Shown in pieces: positions 53,414 to 62,591 of a stretch of 64,000 nucleotides of DNA. Each line of letters starts with the position of its first letter. Within the stretch, counting starts at the first letter, position 1. The stretch is from positions 19,231-83,230 of the forward strand of contig CAZRKH010000126.1 in the NCBI GenBank assembly GCA_964600785.1, written 5' to 3'. Position numbers and translations under genes: made by a program. The stretch comes from an uncultured Chitinophagaceae bacterium. GTDB lineage: Bacteria; Planctomycetota; Planctomycetia; Pirellulales; UBA1268. Below the pieces are notes generated by a model, which had not been told where the DNA came from, did not search any database, and was given only the letters and a program-made list of their open reading frames with translations.

Positions 53414-55575
53414 CTGTGTGGTGTCAGGGTCAGGTCCTTGATTGAAAGGCCCTTGACCTCGACCTCCTGAGGCACGCCCTGCCGTGAGAACTCGAGGGTG
53501 TTTTCACCCTTCTCGAGCGTGACCGTCACCGGCTGCGTGGTCTCCCACAGCCCGACGGTGTGCGGGAGTTCGATGTCGATCGGCTTCTTCGATTCATTGA
53601 CCGTCAGCCGAATCCGCTGCTTCTGCCCGGGACTGACCAGTCGTAGCGAGAGGGCGTAGCGTCCGCCCTGGGGAACCTCGACGGAATAGCTGAAGTCCTC
53701 GTCCCCGCCGGTGCGGCTGTAGTGCAGCTGCTTGCCGCCGAGCACGCTGTCGAGAAAGAGAATCTTGCCGGTGCTTTTCGTTGGGCTGCTCGTTGCCGCA
53801 GCGGGGATCGTGATCACGCCGGTTTGGTCCACCCTGATCGCACGGTCAGCCTCCGTCACCGTCGGCGACTCAAAGGGGTAGCGGACGGTCGACTCATTGG
53901 CCTCGCCGAGCTCCTCGCCGACTGCGTCGAGTATTTTCGTACCGGCCTGCTGCACCAGCCGGTCCCGCTCGATGAGGGCCACGGTGTTCCAAAAGTCGGG
54001 CCGGGTCTTGCCGCCGAAGCCGTAGACCCGTGGCTCACTCGCCACGTCGCCGATCCAGCGTGCCCGTTCAACCCTCATGAATCGTGCTCCCAGCCCGCGG
54101 GCCTGGGCGTCGGCGAGAAAGTTGAGGTCGTCGCCGTAGCGGGTTTTGGTGAAGCCGCTGCCCCAGCCGGCGCCGAGACAGACGACCCAGCCATCTTGAG
54201 TGGCGTGGGCCAAGGCGGCGTGGCCCCGCTGAGGCCTGGCGATCGTGGGCACCCCGAAGGCCCGCAGGATGAAACGGCCGAAGAAGGCCCGCCGGCCGCA
54301 GACGCCACCGTTGGTGAGGATGTTCTGGAAAAACTGCAGCTCGTCCTTGTCGTTCTTGTTTTCCTGGGAGCCGTAGCGGACATCGGTGCGAACGATCGCC
54401 ACGTACCGCCAGCGGTCGTCTTTGGTGGTGATGTGGTCGGGGCGGTAGTTGCGGAGCATCTCCCGGCCCCAGGTGAGGGTTTCATCGGGCTCATCACCGT
54501 TGACGACGAACCGCAGTTCCCAGGTGGAGCGGTCGGCGAATGAAGGGTCGAGTTCACCGGCGAGGTAGGCCTGCTCAAAGTGGCGGTAGCGGGCCAGGGG
54601 GTCGATGGTCGTCGGAGCATCACTGACGGCCTTCGGATTCTGCTGCTTGATCGGTGTGGCGTGTTCCAGGGCGATCGCCAGGGCCAGCCGCCCGAGCACG
54701 GCCTCCTTGGCCCGCGGGTTGGCGGCCAGGATCGCCTCGTAGATTTCCATCGCCCGGCCGTAGTGGCCGTCGACCGCGCCATCGGCGACCACCATCGCCA
54801 CAAGCAAAGGCCCGTCGGAGAGGAGTCTGTCGACAAGCCGGGCATGGGTGTCGCTTTCCTGCGCGAAGGCGGCCAGCCCGCGCGGCGTCGCCTCCCGGAG
54901 CACGACCAGCTTCGCCAGCCGTGGGTCGAGGCGGTCGCTGTCGAGCAGCCCGTCGAGATCGAGCCCTTCGAGGGCGGCAACAAGCCTATTGCCAGCCTTC
55001 TCGAGGGCCGCCCGGGCCTGCTCGACCTGCTGTTTCCGGGCCGGCTCGTCGCGGCTGGCCTCGTCGAAGGCGGCCTGGCGTTCGGCCAACGCCTCGAGAC
55101 CCGCCCGGCGGTTGTCCTTCCACTTGGCCAGCTCCGCCTCGGCCGCCTTGCGTTGAGCCGGAGTCTTGGCCGCCCGCAGATCAGCCTCGGCCTTGGCGAT
55201 GCCCCGCTCGGCCTTGGGAATCCAGTGATTCTTGGCATGGCCGATGAGGCCCTTGGCGGCGGCGGCTTCACCAAGCTTCTTCTCGGCAGACACAACCGCA
55301 TCCGCCGCCTCACGTTCGGCGGTTCGCGCCGCGTCGAAGGCCGCCCGGGCCTTTGCGTTGATTGCCGGGATTTCGGCGGCCAACTCGGCCTGCAGCGACG
55401 AAAGCATTTCCGCGTAGCGTTGCTCGAGCCGCTCGCCGCTCTCGGAGAGTTCGATCGCCGGAGGCTTCGGCTTGGCAGCCACAGCAGGACTGAACACTGC
55501 CGCAATTGCAGCGATCCCCATCAAGACCAGCAGCCCAAGCCTGGGCATCGTTCGCAGGAGGAAAATCGTGACCAT
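53407..55575 (-). CDS. Secreted coiled-coil / transglutaminase-like (Cys-His) / CBM-like protein, unknown function
   Basis: Signal MPRLGLLVLMGIAAIAAVFSPAVAA. About 190 aa follow that are Ala/Glu/Lys/Arg-rich and coiled-coil-like. The central GGVCGRRAFFGRFILRAFGVPTIARPQRGHAALAHATQDGWVV matches the transglutaminase-core pattern (G-x-C-x2-F/A...LRAxGIPxR...GHAW...GW). The C-terminal ~130 aa (YALSLRLVSPGQKQRIRLTVNE...VTLEKGENTLEFS) look like a galactose-binding-like/CBM beta-sandwich. Confidence 0.6.
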   Translation of the reverse strand: MVTIFLLRTMPRLGLLVLMGIAAIAAVFSPAVAAKPKPPAIELSESGERLEQRYAEMLSSLQAELAAEIPAINAKARAAFDAARTAEREAADAVVSAEKKLGEAAAAKGLIGHAKNHWIPKAERGIAKAEADLRAAKTPAQRKAAEAELAKWKDNRRAGLEALAERQAAFDEASRDEPARKQQVEQARAALEKAGNRLVAALEGLDLDGLLDSDRLDPRLAKLVVLREATPRGLAAFAQESDTHARLVDRLLSDGPLLVAMVVADGAVDGHYGRAMEIYEAILAANPRAKEAVLGRLALAIALEHATPIKQQNPKAVSDAPTTIDPLARYRHFEQAYLAGELDPSFADRSTWELRFVVNGDEPDETLTWGREMLRNYRPDHITTKDDRWRYVAIVRTDVRYGSQENKNDKDELQFFQNILTNGGVCGRRAFFGRFILRAFGVPTIARPQRGHAALAHATQDGWVVCLGAGWGSGFTKTRYGDDLNFLADAQARGLGARFMRVERARWIGDVASEPRVYGFGGKTRPDFWNTVALIERDRLVQQAGTKILDAVGEELGEANESTVRYPFESPTVTEADRAIRVDQTGVITIPAAATSSPTKSTGKILFLDSVLGGKQLHYSRTGGDEDFSYSVEVPQGGRYALSLRLVSPGQKQRIRLTVNESKKPIDIELPHTVGLWETTQPVTVTLEKGENTLEFSRQGVPQEVEVKGLSIKDLTLTPHSP

Positions 55576-55662
55576 CGCAGGGGTCCTCGCAAGAGTGGCG
55601 GGTAGCTCGCGGCAGAAGCGCCGAACGGACTGGTTGACTCGCGGACTGTTTATTATCGCTGA

Positions 55663-56757
55663 TTATTGTCGCTCGAATGGTGTCCGGGGCCAACGTCTGG
55701 ATCGCTTTTTCATGATGGTTTGTCCTTCAAGCCAGACAAACCTCGCCGCGGTTCCGGGAGTTTTCTCAATCAAAGCCAGGCCTTCGGCCGGCCCGAGCAC
55801 GCTCGCGGCGGTGGCCAGGGCGTCGGCGGTGGTGGCGTCGGCGGCGATCACGGTCACCGCGGTGGGGCCGCGGACTCCCAGCCCGGTGCGGGGATCGACC
55901 ACGTGGCTGTAGCGAACCCCGTCGATCTCCACCGCCTGAGACGCGTCACCCGAGGTGGTCACAGCGGCGTTGACGAGATCGAGGAATTCGTCGGGGCCCT
56001 CGGGATCGCGGGGGTCGAGCGGTGCGACGGCCACCCGCCAGGCGTGCCGGCCCGGAGGTGCCGCCGAAACGGCGATGTCGCCGGAGGCATCGACCATCGC
56101 CGAGGTGATGCCCCGACGGGCAAGCAGTCGCATCGCCGCGTCGATCGCGTAGCCCATGCCGATTCCCCCGAAGTCGAGTCGCGTGCCGGCACGGGGCAGT
56201 TCCACTTCGCGAAGCGGTTTGCCTTCGGGCCGCGGTGTTTCGTGGAGCACGACGGCACCCGCCCCAGCCGTGACCAAAGCCGCCTCGAGCTTTTCCTCTC
56301 GCGGCAGCCGTCCGGTCTTTCGCGACTGTCGCCACAGCGCGGTCAGCCGGCCAACCGCCGGGTCGAATCCACCCTCGGAAGCTTCGAGAAAGCGACGGCT
56401 CGCCGCGAGCACCTCCCAGAGGTCGTCGCTCACCTCCCGTCGCACCGGTGCCGCCGCCGAGAGACGGGAGCATTCGCTCTGGGGATCGTAGTCGGAGAGG
56501 ATTCCCTCCAGGCGGGCCACCTCGTCGAGGGCCGCCTCGGCTGCCTGCTCGGCCTGGGGGTGCGTGGCCGCATGCACCGTCACCTTCCAGGAAACGCCCA
56601 TCAGCCGCCGGCTGGCGGTGAGGCCGATTGTCTCGCCTTTGGCATCGCTCCCCGCCCGAGGTGGCGAGCAGCCGAAGCCCGTCGCCAGCATCACCAGCAC
56701 GACCAGCCGCAGCCCTGCGGTGATGGTGGGCCGTTTCGGATAGGCTGGGGTGATCAT
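55663..56757 (-). CDS. apbE: FAD:protein FMN transferase (ApbE family) lipoprotein
   Basis: Signal MITPAYPKRPTITAGLRLVVLVMLATGFGC. SDYDPQSECSRL, GGFDPAVGRL, LDFGGIGMGYAID, AMVDASGDI, AVTTSGD and ADALATA are ApbE blocks. Confidence 0.85.
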   Translation of the reverse strand: MITPAYPKRPTITAGLRLVVLVMLATGFGCSPPRAGSDAKGETIGLTASRRLMGVSWKVTVHAATHPQAEQAAEAALDEVARLEGILSDYDPQSECSRLSAAAPVRREVSDDLWEVLAASRRFLEASEGGFDPAVGRLTALWRQSRKTGRLPREEKLEAALVTAGAGAVVLHETPRPEGKPLREVELPRAGTRLDFGGIGMGYAIDAAMRLLARRGITSAMVDASGDIAVSAAPPGRHAWRVAVAPLDPRDPEGPDEFLDLVNAAVTTSGDASQAVEIDGVRYSHVVDPRTGLGVRGPTAVTVIAADATTADALATAASVLGPAEGLALIEKTPGTAARFVWLEGQTIMKKRSRRWPRTPFERQ

Positions 56758-57244
56758 GAATGTCGAAGTTCCTCCGTCCACGCATGTCTCCTTCGACTGC
56801 CTGCCGCTGCGGAGCCTCGGTCGGCTCGACATCCCGATCGATGCCTCGCCCGCCTTCCGCCGCCGGCTCGAACGGCTCCAGCAGGCCGTGACCAGGCATG
56901 GCACCCGCAACAGTTACTATCTGAGCAATGCCGTTTGCCGGTTTCACCTCACGAGCGACCCGGCACTCGGCATGGTGGAGTTTAGCGTCGAGGGCACGGT
57001 GCTCACCGATGAGTCTGACACCCGCACCGTCGGCAGCGATCTCGAGATCGGCGTCGCTCGGGAGACCTGCGACTGGCTCACCCAGCCGGCGGTTGACTGG
57101 CTCACCCTCTCGGCCAAAAGGGCGGTGGAGGTCGAGTTTGACCGGTACATCGCCGCCGGTGATCTCTCCCGCGCCGTGGCCCGCATGGAGCAGGAACAGC
57201 GGCAGATCGACGACTCCGGCGGATTCCTGGGGATGAACCTCTGA
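56750..57244 (+). CDS. Hypothetical protein (no family recognised)
   Basis: The 164-aa ORF has strongly G/C-biased third codon positions (mostly G or C on a hand tally) and ordinary, acidic amino-acid composition, unlike the Arg/Pro/Ser-rich shadow ORFs on other frames. The start is GTG 56750 or ATG 56756. There is no competing gene in 56758-57272. Confidence 0.6.
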   Translation: MIMNVEVPPSTHVSFDCLPLRSLGRLDIPIDASPAFRRRLERLQQAVTRHGTRNSYYLSNAVCRFHLTSDPALGMVEFSVEGTVLTDESDTRTVGSDLEIGVARETCDWLTQPAVDWLTLSAKRAVEVEFDRYIAAGDLSRAVARMEQEQRQIDDSGGFLGMNL

Positions 57245-57272
57245 GGCTTCATCGGCCTCAAATCAGCTTGGG

Positions 57273-57926
57273 TCATTCGCGGCCGCGGCTGCGAATTTCC
57301 AAAAGCACGCTCTCGTTGTCGCTGCCGCGGATCGGCCAGGCGGCGATGCGGCGGATCGTGACGAGTTTGCCGAACCCGTGGTGCCTTGCCTCCCCCTTCT
57401 CCGCCTCCCAGCGTGGGCCCTTGATCACCAGCATCCGCCCGAAGCGGTCGGCGAGTGGCTCGAACCAGGCGAGCAGTTTTCGCAACGGCGCCACCGCCCG
57501 CACCACCAACGTGTCGAACGACCGCTCCCGCACCACGGCCTGCCCAGCGAGGGCGTGTACGGGAATCACCAGATCGATTTCCTCGACGATGCGGCTTACG
57601 GCGGCGGCCCGTTTGCCGACGCTCTCGGCGAGTTCCACTCGCAGATCGGGCCGCAGGATCGCCAGCAGCACTCCTGGCACGCCGCCGCCGGTTCCGACAT
57701 CGAGCAGGCGTTCACCCGGCTCGAGGCAGCCGGCGATCGCCACGGCATCGGCGACGTCCCGCGACACGAAGCGGGCCACGTCGCTGTGGCGGGTGAGGTT
57801 GAGCCGCTCGTTCCATCGCCAGAGACTCGCGGCGTAGGCGGCCAGCCCCGGCAATCGCGAGTGGTCGACATCCACGCCGAGCCGTTGGCATTCTGCGGCG
57901 ATCTCGCCGGCAAGTTCGGGCTGCAT
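57273..57926 (-). CDS. rsmG: 16S rRNA (guanine527-N7)-methyltransferase RsmG (GidB)
   Basis: WNERLNLTR, LLDVGTGGGVPGVLLAI, VELAESVGKRAAAV, LVVRAVAPL and MLVIKG are the RsmG pattern. The gene is 217 aa. Confidence 0.88.
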   Translation of the reverse strand: MQPELAGEIAAECQRLGVDVDHSRLPGLAAYAASLWRWNERLNLTRHSDVARFVSRDVADAVAIAGCLEPGERLLDVGTGGGVPGVLLAILRPDLRVELAESVGKRAAAVSRIVEEIDLVIPVHALAGQAVVRERSFDTLVVRAVAPLRKLLAWFEPLADRFGRMLVIKGPRWEAEKGEARHHGFGKLVTIRRIAAWPIRGSDNESVLLEIRSRGRE

Positions 57927-57946
57927 GGGAGACTGGGCCGAGGGTG

Positions 57947-59635
57947 CTAGCGAGCGGCGGTGGCGGAGCCGGAAGGGAATTCGGCGGCCACCCCGGCAGC
58001 CCGCAGGCTCTGCACCGCCGCCTGCAGGTAGGGATCCTCGACCGACGGACCGGCGGCCGCTCCGGGGAGGGGCTTCATGGCGGTCCGCACCGCGACGTCG
58101 GGCTCGACGCCGATCCGGTTGAAGGAACCACCCCGCGGCGAGTAGAACTTGGCCGTCGTCAGACGCATGCCCATCCCGCCGATCTCCAGCGGGAAAATGC
58201 CCTGCACCGAGCCCTTGCCGTAGCTCCGGGAGCCGACGATCACCCCCCGGCGATGATCGCGGATCGCTCCGGCGAAAATTTCACTGGCACTCGCGGAGTC
58301 GCCGTCGATGACCACCGCGATCGGCATCCGCCGGGTGCCGGGGCGTGTGGCAAGATAGTTGAAGTCTTCCTCGGGGCTGCGGCCGCGGGTGGCCACCACG
58401 AGCCCTGAGTCGAGGAACAGGTCAGCTGCGTCGACGCCGGCAGAGAGCAGCCCGCCGGGGTTGCCGCGCAGGTCGATCACCAGTGACCGCATGCCTGCCG
58501 CCTCGAGCCGACGCAAGGCCGCCTCGAGGTCGGCGGCGGTCGTCTTCTGAAACGACGTGATTCGCAGGTAGCCGATCCCGCCGGCCTGGTCGAGCATGCG
58601 GACCTCCTCGATGCTCGGCACTTCGACATGCTCGCGGCGGACGGTGACCGCCCGGGCCGGGCCGCGACCACGAAGAATCGCGAGGGTCACCAGCGATCCT
58701 TCGGGGCCCTCCAGCAAGGACGCAGCCTCATCCACCCCCAGCCCGCCGATCGAACGGCCGCCCACGCCCACCAGGTGGTCGCCGGCCCGCAGGCCCGACC
58801 GCTCAGCCGGGCTGCCGGGGATCACGTGCACGATCAGCAGGCCGTCGTCGGCCGGCTTGAGTTCCACACCAAGGCCGACGAAGTTGCCGTCGATCTGGGC
58901 GTAGAGGTCGTCGAGCTGTCCGCTGGTGAGGAAGGCCGAGTATTCGTCGAGACCTCCCATCGCCGCCGCGGCAAACTCCATCATCGTCACCGAGGGCGGA
59001 ATTCGGAGTGTGGCCTGGGCCAGGCGGGCGATCCAGGTGGCCGCCGACTCCGCTTCGGCCGGGGAGGCGATCCGCCGCTGCCTGAGGTTGGCCGTTGCCT
59101 GCTGGCGGAACAGCTCCACCCGCTCCATGGTCGGGGTGATGCCGAGGTGCCGCAGGAAACACTGGTCGCAGATGGCCGCCTCCAACGCCCGGCAGCCGCG
59201 GCCGACGAGATGGCGGTAGTCGGGCTGATCGACATGGTGGGAGGCGATCCGGCCGAGCAGTTCCATGTAGAGCCGCGTCGCATCCCGCTCGCTCATCCCG
59301 GCGAGATCCTCTCGGAAGCTCCGCTCGGCATACCGTCGCTCGATATCGCAGTGGATGCGGGCGAGGTCGTAGTGCTCGTGGAGGCGAGCTGGGAGGGTAC
59401 CCTCGCGGACGGCCGGCTCGTAAAGCCGCACGATCTCGTGCCAGCGTCCTTCGCTTGCCAGGGCGGAGGCCTGCACGAGCAGGTCGTCCTGAGCGGCGGG
59501 ACGGGTGGAGGGTTCGCGACCGGCAGAAAACGCTTCAGCCGCGGGAATCGGACCGGCCGGCTTCCACCGCAGCGACGATGCGTCATCAGCCGCGGCCGGG
59601 CGGAGCAGTCCGCCGGCGAGCAGCCCCAAGAACAT
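57947..59635 (-). CDS. C-terminal processing peptidase (S41 family, Ctp/Prc-like) with PDZ domain
   Basis: PDZ domain: GLGVELKPADDGLLIVHVIPGSPAERSGLRAGDHLVGVGG. S41 core: YLRITSFQ, LVIDLRGNPGGLL, VVIDGDSASASEIFAGAIRD and GSRSYGKGSVQ. The upstream 220 codons of ORF 57947..60319 are Arg/Pro-rich and are rejected. The start is ATG 59635, with an alternative TTG at 59719. Confidence 0.85.
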   Translation of the reverse strand: MFLGLLAGGLLRPAAADDASSLRWKPAGPIPAAEAFSAGREPSTRPAAQDDLLVQASALASEGRWHEIVRLYEPAVREGTLPARLHEHYDLARIHCDIERRYAERSFREDLAGMSERDATRLYMELLGRIASHHVDQPDYRHLVGRGCRALEAAICDQCFLRHLGITPTMERVELFRQQATANLRQRRIASPAEAESAATWIARLAQATLRIPPSVTMMEFAAAAMGGLDEYSAFLTSGQLDDLYAQIDGNFVGLGVELKPADDGLLIVHVIPGSPAERSGLRAGDHLVGVGGRSIGGLGVDEAASLLEGPEGSLVTLAILRGRGPARAVTVRREHVEVPSIEEVRMLDQAGGIGYLRITSFQKTTAADLEAALRRLEAAGMRSLVIDLRGNPGGLLSAGVDAADLFLDSGLVVATRGRSPEEDFNYLATRPGTRRMPIAVVIDGDSASASEIFAGAIRDHRRGVIVGSRSYGKGSVQGIFPLEIGGMGMRLTTAKFYSPRGGSFNRIGVEPDVAVRTAMKPLPGAAAGPSVEDPYLQAAVQSLRAAGVAAEFPSGSATAAR

Positions 59636-60086
59636 CGCCGTCGCGCCGAGACGGGTGAGCCTCCAGCGCGGGGCTGGTTGGCGGCGGCAAAGCGGAGGGA
59701 TTCCTGCGGGGAGATTCAAAGGGGCGTTCCGTTCGCGGTGTGCCGCACTCCGGGGCGGTGGCGGGCGGCCGCTCCTTTGGCCGCCGGCAACTATGGCCCA
59801 CGAACCGCGGCCGGTCAAAAAAGCCTGCTGTCGCTGCTCGCTGGCGCGCGGACCCTTTTGGCGGCCCGGCAAGGTCGGTCTGCGGGTCGTGACAGTCCTG
59901 CCGGTCGCACGATTTCGCTGCCGATTGCGATTGCGTCGGGATTCAGACAAGTGGCGAGGGCTGGCGTTGGGAGCGGGCACGGTCCCGATGGTACGATTGG
60001 TCGGTGTGAACGGTTCGCCTGCAGAGTTCCGCCCGGCGTTGTTCCATCTGCGGTTTTGTGCCCCGTTTCCAAGGAAGCCCGCCCGC

Positions 60087-60746
60087 GTGCCCGAGCCCGA
60101 AGCGTCTCCCGCGAGCCAGCCTCCCCAGGGCACCGTCGACCCGCAAGCCACCCAGGTGCTCCTCGAGCAGGTTCGACGGGGCGATCGTGGGGCGGTCGAC
60201 AACCTCCTGCAGCGACACCGCGACGCCCTGCGGAGGATGATTGCCATGCGGATGGATCGTGGCGTTCGGCAGCGGGTCGATGCCAGCGACATCGTGCAGG
60301 ACGTGATGGTCGAGGCCAACCGTCGCTTAGGCGACTACCTTGCCAATCCCACGATGCCTTTCCGGCTGTGGCTGCGACACATGGCCCGCGACCGCCTGAT
60401 CGACGCCCACCGCCGGCACCGGGTGGCGGCCAGCCGCAGCGTCGACCGGGAGGTTTCGATCGATGCGGGCGACGCGGGCGACCGCGAGGCGGGCCACCAC
60501 GGCGGCGGCCTGGTCGATCGCGAGATGACCCCGGCCGCCGCGGCGACCTGGCGGGAGCTGGAGCGGCGGTTCGCCGAGGCGGTTGAGAAGCTCGAGCCTC
60601 AGGATCGCGAGATTGTGCTCCTGCGGCATTTCGAACACCTCAGCACCGCCGAGGCCGCCGAATGTCTCGGCCTCTCCAAGCCGGCTGCGGGCATGCGATA
60701 CCTGCGGGCGATGCGGCGGCTGCGGGCCCTCCTCGAGGAAGGCTGA
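60087..60746 (+). CDS. ECF sigma factor of the Ser/Thr-kinase-associated type
   Basis: Region 2: LLEQVRRGDRGAVDNLLQRHRDALRRMIAMRM...VDASDIVQDVMVEANRRL...FRLWLRHMARDRLIDAHRRH. Region 4: LEPQDREIVLLRHFEHLSTAEAAECLGLSKPAAGMRYLRAMRRL. The start is GTG 60087 or ATG 59988. A kinase gene follows immediately. Confidence 0.85.
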   Translation: MPEPEASPASQPPQGTVDPQATQVLLEQVRRGDRGAVDNLLQRHRDALRRMIAMRMDRGVRQRVDASDIVQDVMVEANRRLGDYLANPTMPFRLWLRHMARDRLIDAHRRHRVAASRSVDREVSIDAGDAGDREAGHHGGGLVDREMTPAAAATWRELERRFAEAVEKLEPQDREIVLLRHFEHLSTAEAAECLGLSKPAAGMRYLRAMRRLRALLEEG

Positions 60747-60827
60747 AAGGGCCCTGCCCCTCCCGCGACCGACGCCTACGATGGTTGAGTGTTGTCGCCG
60801 CGAGCCCCGCCCAAGCACTGCCGAGAG

Positions 60828-62540
60828 ATGACAAGCCGTTCCGAATCGACCGCCGCCACGCTCGCCTGCCAGCGTCCGCTTTCTCTGCAGGAGGAGGAGC
60901 GGCTCTCGGAGGTTTTCGAGACCGTCTGCGAGCATCGCGGCGAGGCTGCCGAAGAGGCGCTCGCGAGAGCCGAGCACGAGCATCCTGACCTTGCGGGCCA
61001 TCTCCGTGAACTCTGGGCGGCGGTCTGCCTGACCGACGCGGTGGCCGAGCAGTCAACGATCTTCCAGCTCGACGGGCCGCCGGCTCGAGAGCCCGCGGTT
61101 TCCGCGGCCACGGCCTTGGCGGGCCGCTTCGTGCCCGGCGTCACCGAACTGCCGGCGACGGTCGGCGACTATCAGCTCGTCGAGGAGCTCGGCCGGGGCG
61201 GGATGGGGATCGTCTACAAAGCGGTGCAGCGGAGCCTCGGGCGGACGGTGGCGTTGAAGATGTTGCTCCGCCGCGACCTTGCCACCGCCGCCGACGTGGC
61301 CCGCTTCCGGACCGAGGCGGAGGCTGCCGCCCAGCTCGACCACCCGAGCATTGTCTCGGTCTATGAGGTCGGTGAATGGGACGGCCATCCCTACTACAGC
61401 ATGCGGTACATCGAGGGCACCACGCTCTCCAAGAGGATTGCCGAGGGCACGCTCGGACCCCGCGAGACGGCCGACCTGCTCGCTACGGTGGCCGAGGCGA
61501 TCGACGCGGCCCATGCCAGCGGCGTGCTTCATCGTGACCTCAAGCCATCCAACATTCTGATTGACGAGGCGGGCCGGCCGCATGTCTCCGACTTCGGCCT
61601 CGCAAAGCGGATCGAGGCCGACATGTCGATGACCCATACAGGGGCGATCCTCGGCACGCCCTGCTACATGTCGCCCGAGCAGGCTGCCGGCAGCCGCGGC
61701 GACGTGGGACCCGCGAGCGACGTCTGGAGCATCGGGGCGATCCTCTATCAGGCGCTCACCGGCCACCCGCCCTTCCAGGCGGGCAACCCCATGGACACGC
61801 TGCTGGCGGTTCTCGAGAACGATCCGCCGATGCCGCGGCAGGTGAACCCATCGGTCAACCGTGACCTCGAGATGATCGCGCTGAAGAGCCTTCAGAAGCC
61901 GCAGGAACTCCGCTACGCCTCCGCCGCGGCTCTCGCCGCCGACCTGCGGGCGGTGCTCGCCGGTGAGCCGATCGCGGCCCGGCGGGGCGGCCTGGCCGAC
62001 ATCGCCGCGAGGGTCTTTCGCGAGACCCACCATGCGGTGGTGCTCGAAAATTGGGGTCTGTTGTGGATGTGGCACTCGGCGGTGGTGCTCACGCTGTGCA
62101 TCACGACCGATCTGCTCGTCTGGCAGGGTGTCGTCACCCGCTGGCCCTATCTCGTGCTCTGGGGCGGTGGGCTCGCCTTGTGGGCACCGATTTTCTGGGC
62201 TCTCCGCAGTCGGGCAGGCCCGGTCACCGCGGTCGAGCGGCAGATCGCCCATGTCTGGGGCGGGGCGGTGATCGCGAGCGTGTTCTTGTTTTGGCTCGAG
62301 GCGTTGATGGGGCTGCCGGTGCTCGCCCTTTCCCCGGTGCTCGCGCTTCTTGCCGGGCTCGTGTTTTTCGTGAAGGCGGGCATCCTTTCGGGAGCCTTCT
62401 ACGTGCAGGCCGCGGTACTTTTTGCCACCGCTTTTGTGATGTGTCTCGCCGGAGATGTGGAGCACATCGTGTTTGGAATCGTCAGCGGTCTGTGCTTTTT
62501 CATTCCGGGGCTGAAATATTTTCGCCAGCGGCAGCATTGA
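60828..62540 (+). CDS. Membrane-anchored Ser/Thr protein kinase (Hanks type)
   Basis: GRGGMGIVYKA, VALKML, HRDLKPSNILI, SDFGLAK, GTPCYMSPEQ and DVWSIGAILY. The C-terminal ~190 aa contain about 5 hydrophobic helices. The start is ATG 60828, with an alternative GTG at 60789. Confidence 0.9.
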   Translation: MTSRSESTAATLACQRPLSLQEEERLSEVFETVCEHRGEAAEEALARAEHEHPDLAGHLRELWAAVCLTDAVAEQSTIFQLDGPPAREPAVSAATALAGRFVPGVTELPATVGDYQLVEELGRGGMGIVYKAVQRSLGRTVALKMLLRRDLATAADVARFRTEAEAAAQLDHPSIVSVYEVGEWDGHPYYSMRYIEGTTLSKRIAEGTLGPRETADLLATVAEAIDAAHASGVLHRDLKPSNILIDEAGRPHVSDFGLAKRIEADMSMTHTGAILGTPCYMSPEQAAGSRGDVGPASDVWSIGAILYQALTGHPPFQAGNPMDTLLAVLENDPPMPRQVNPSVNRDLEMIALKSLQKPQELRYASAAALAADLRAVLAGEPIAARRGGLADIAARVFRETHHAVVLENWGLLWMWHSAVVLTLCITTDLLVWQGVVTRWPYLVLWGGGLALWAPIFWALRSRAGPVTAVERQIAHVWGGAVIASVFLFWLEALMGLPVLALSPVLALLAGLVFFVKAGILSGAFYVQAAVLFATAFVMCLAGDVEHIVFGIVSGLCFFIPGLKYFRQRQH

Positions 62541-62591
62541 TTCCGAAGGTATCGATTCGCATCAGTTGATCGGCCGAGGGGTCGTGCCCGA

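Noticed and set aside
58628-60586. 652-aa ORF on the plus strand
   Set aside because: It is antisense to the S41 peptidase and then runs out of frame across the ECF sigma gene. Its composition is extremely Arg/Gly/Pro/Ala-rich.
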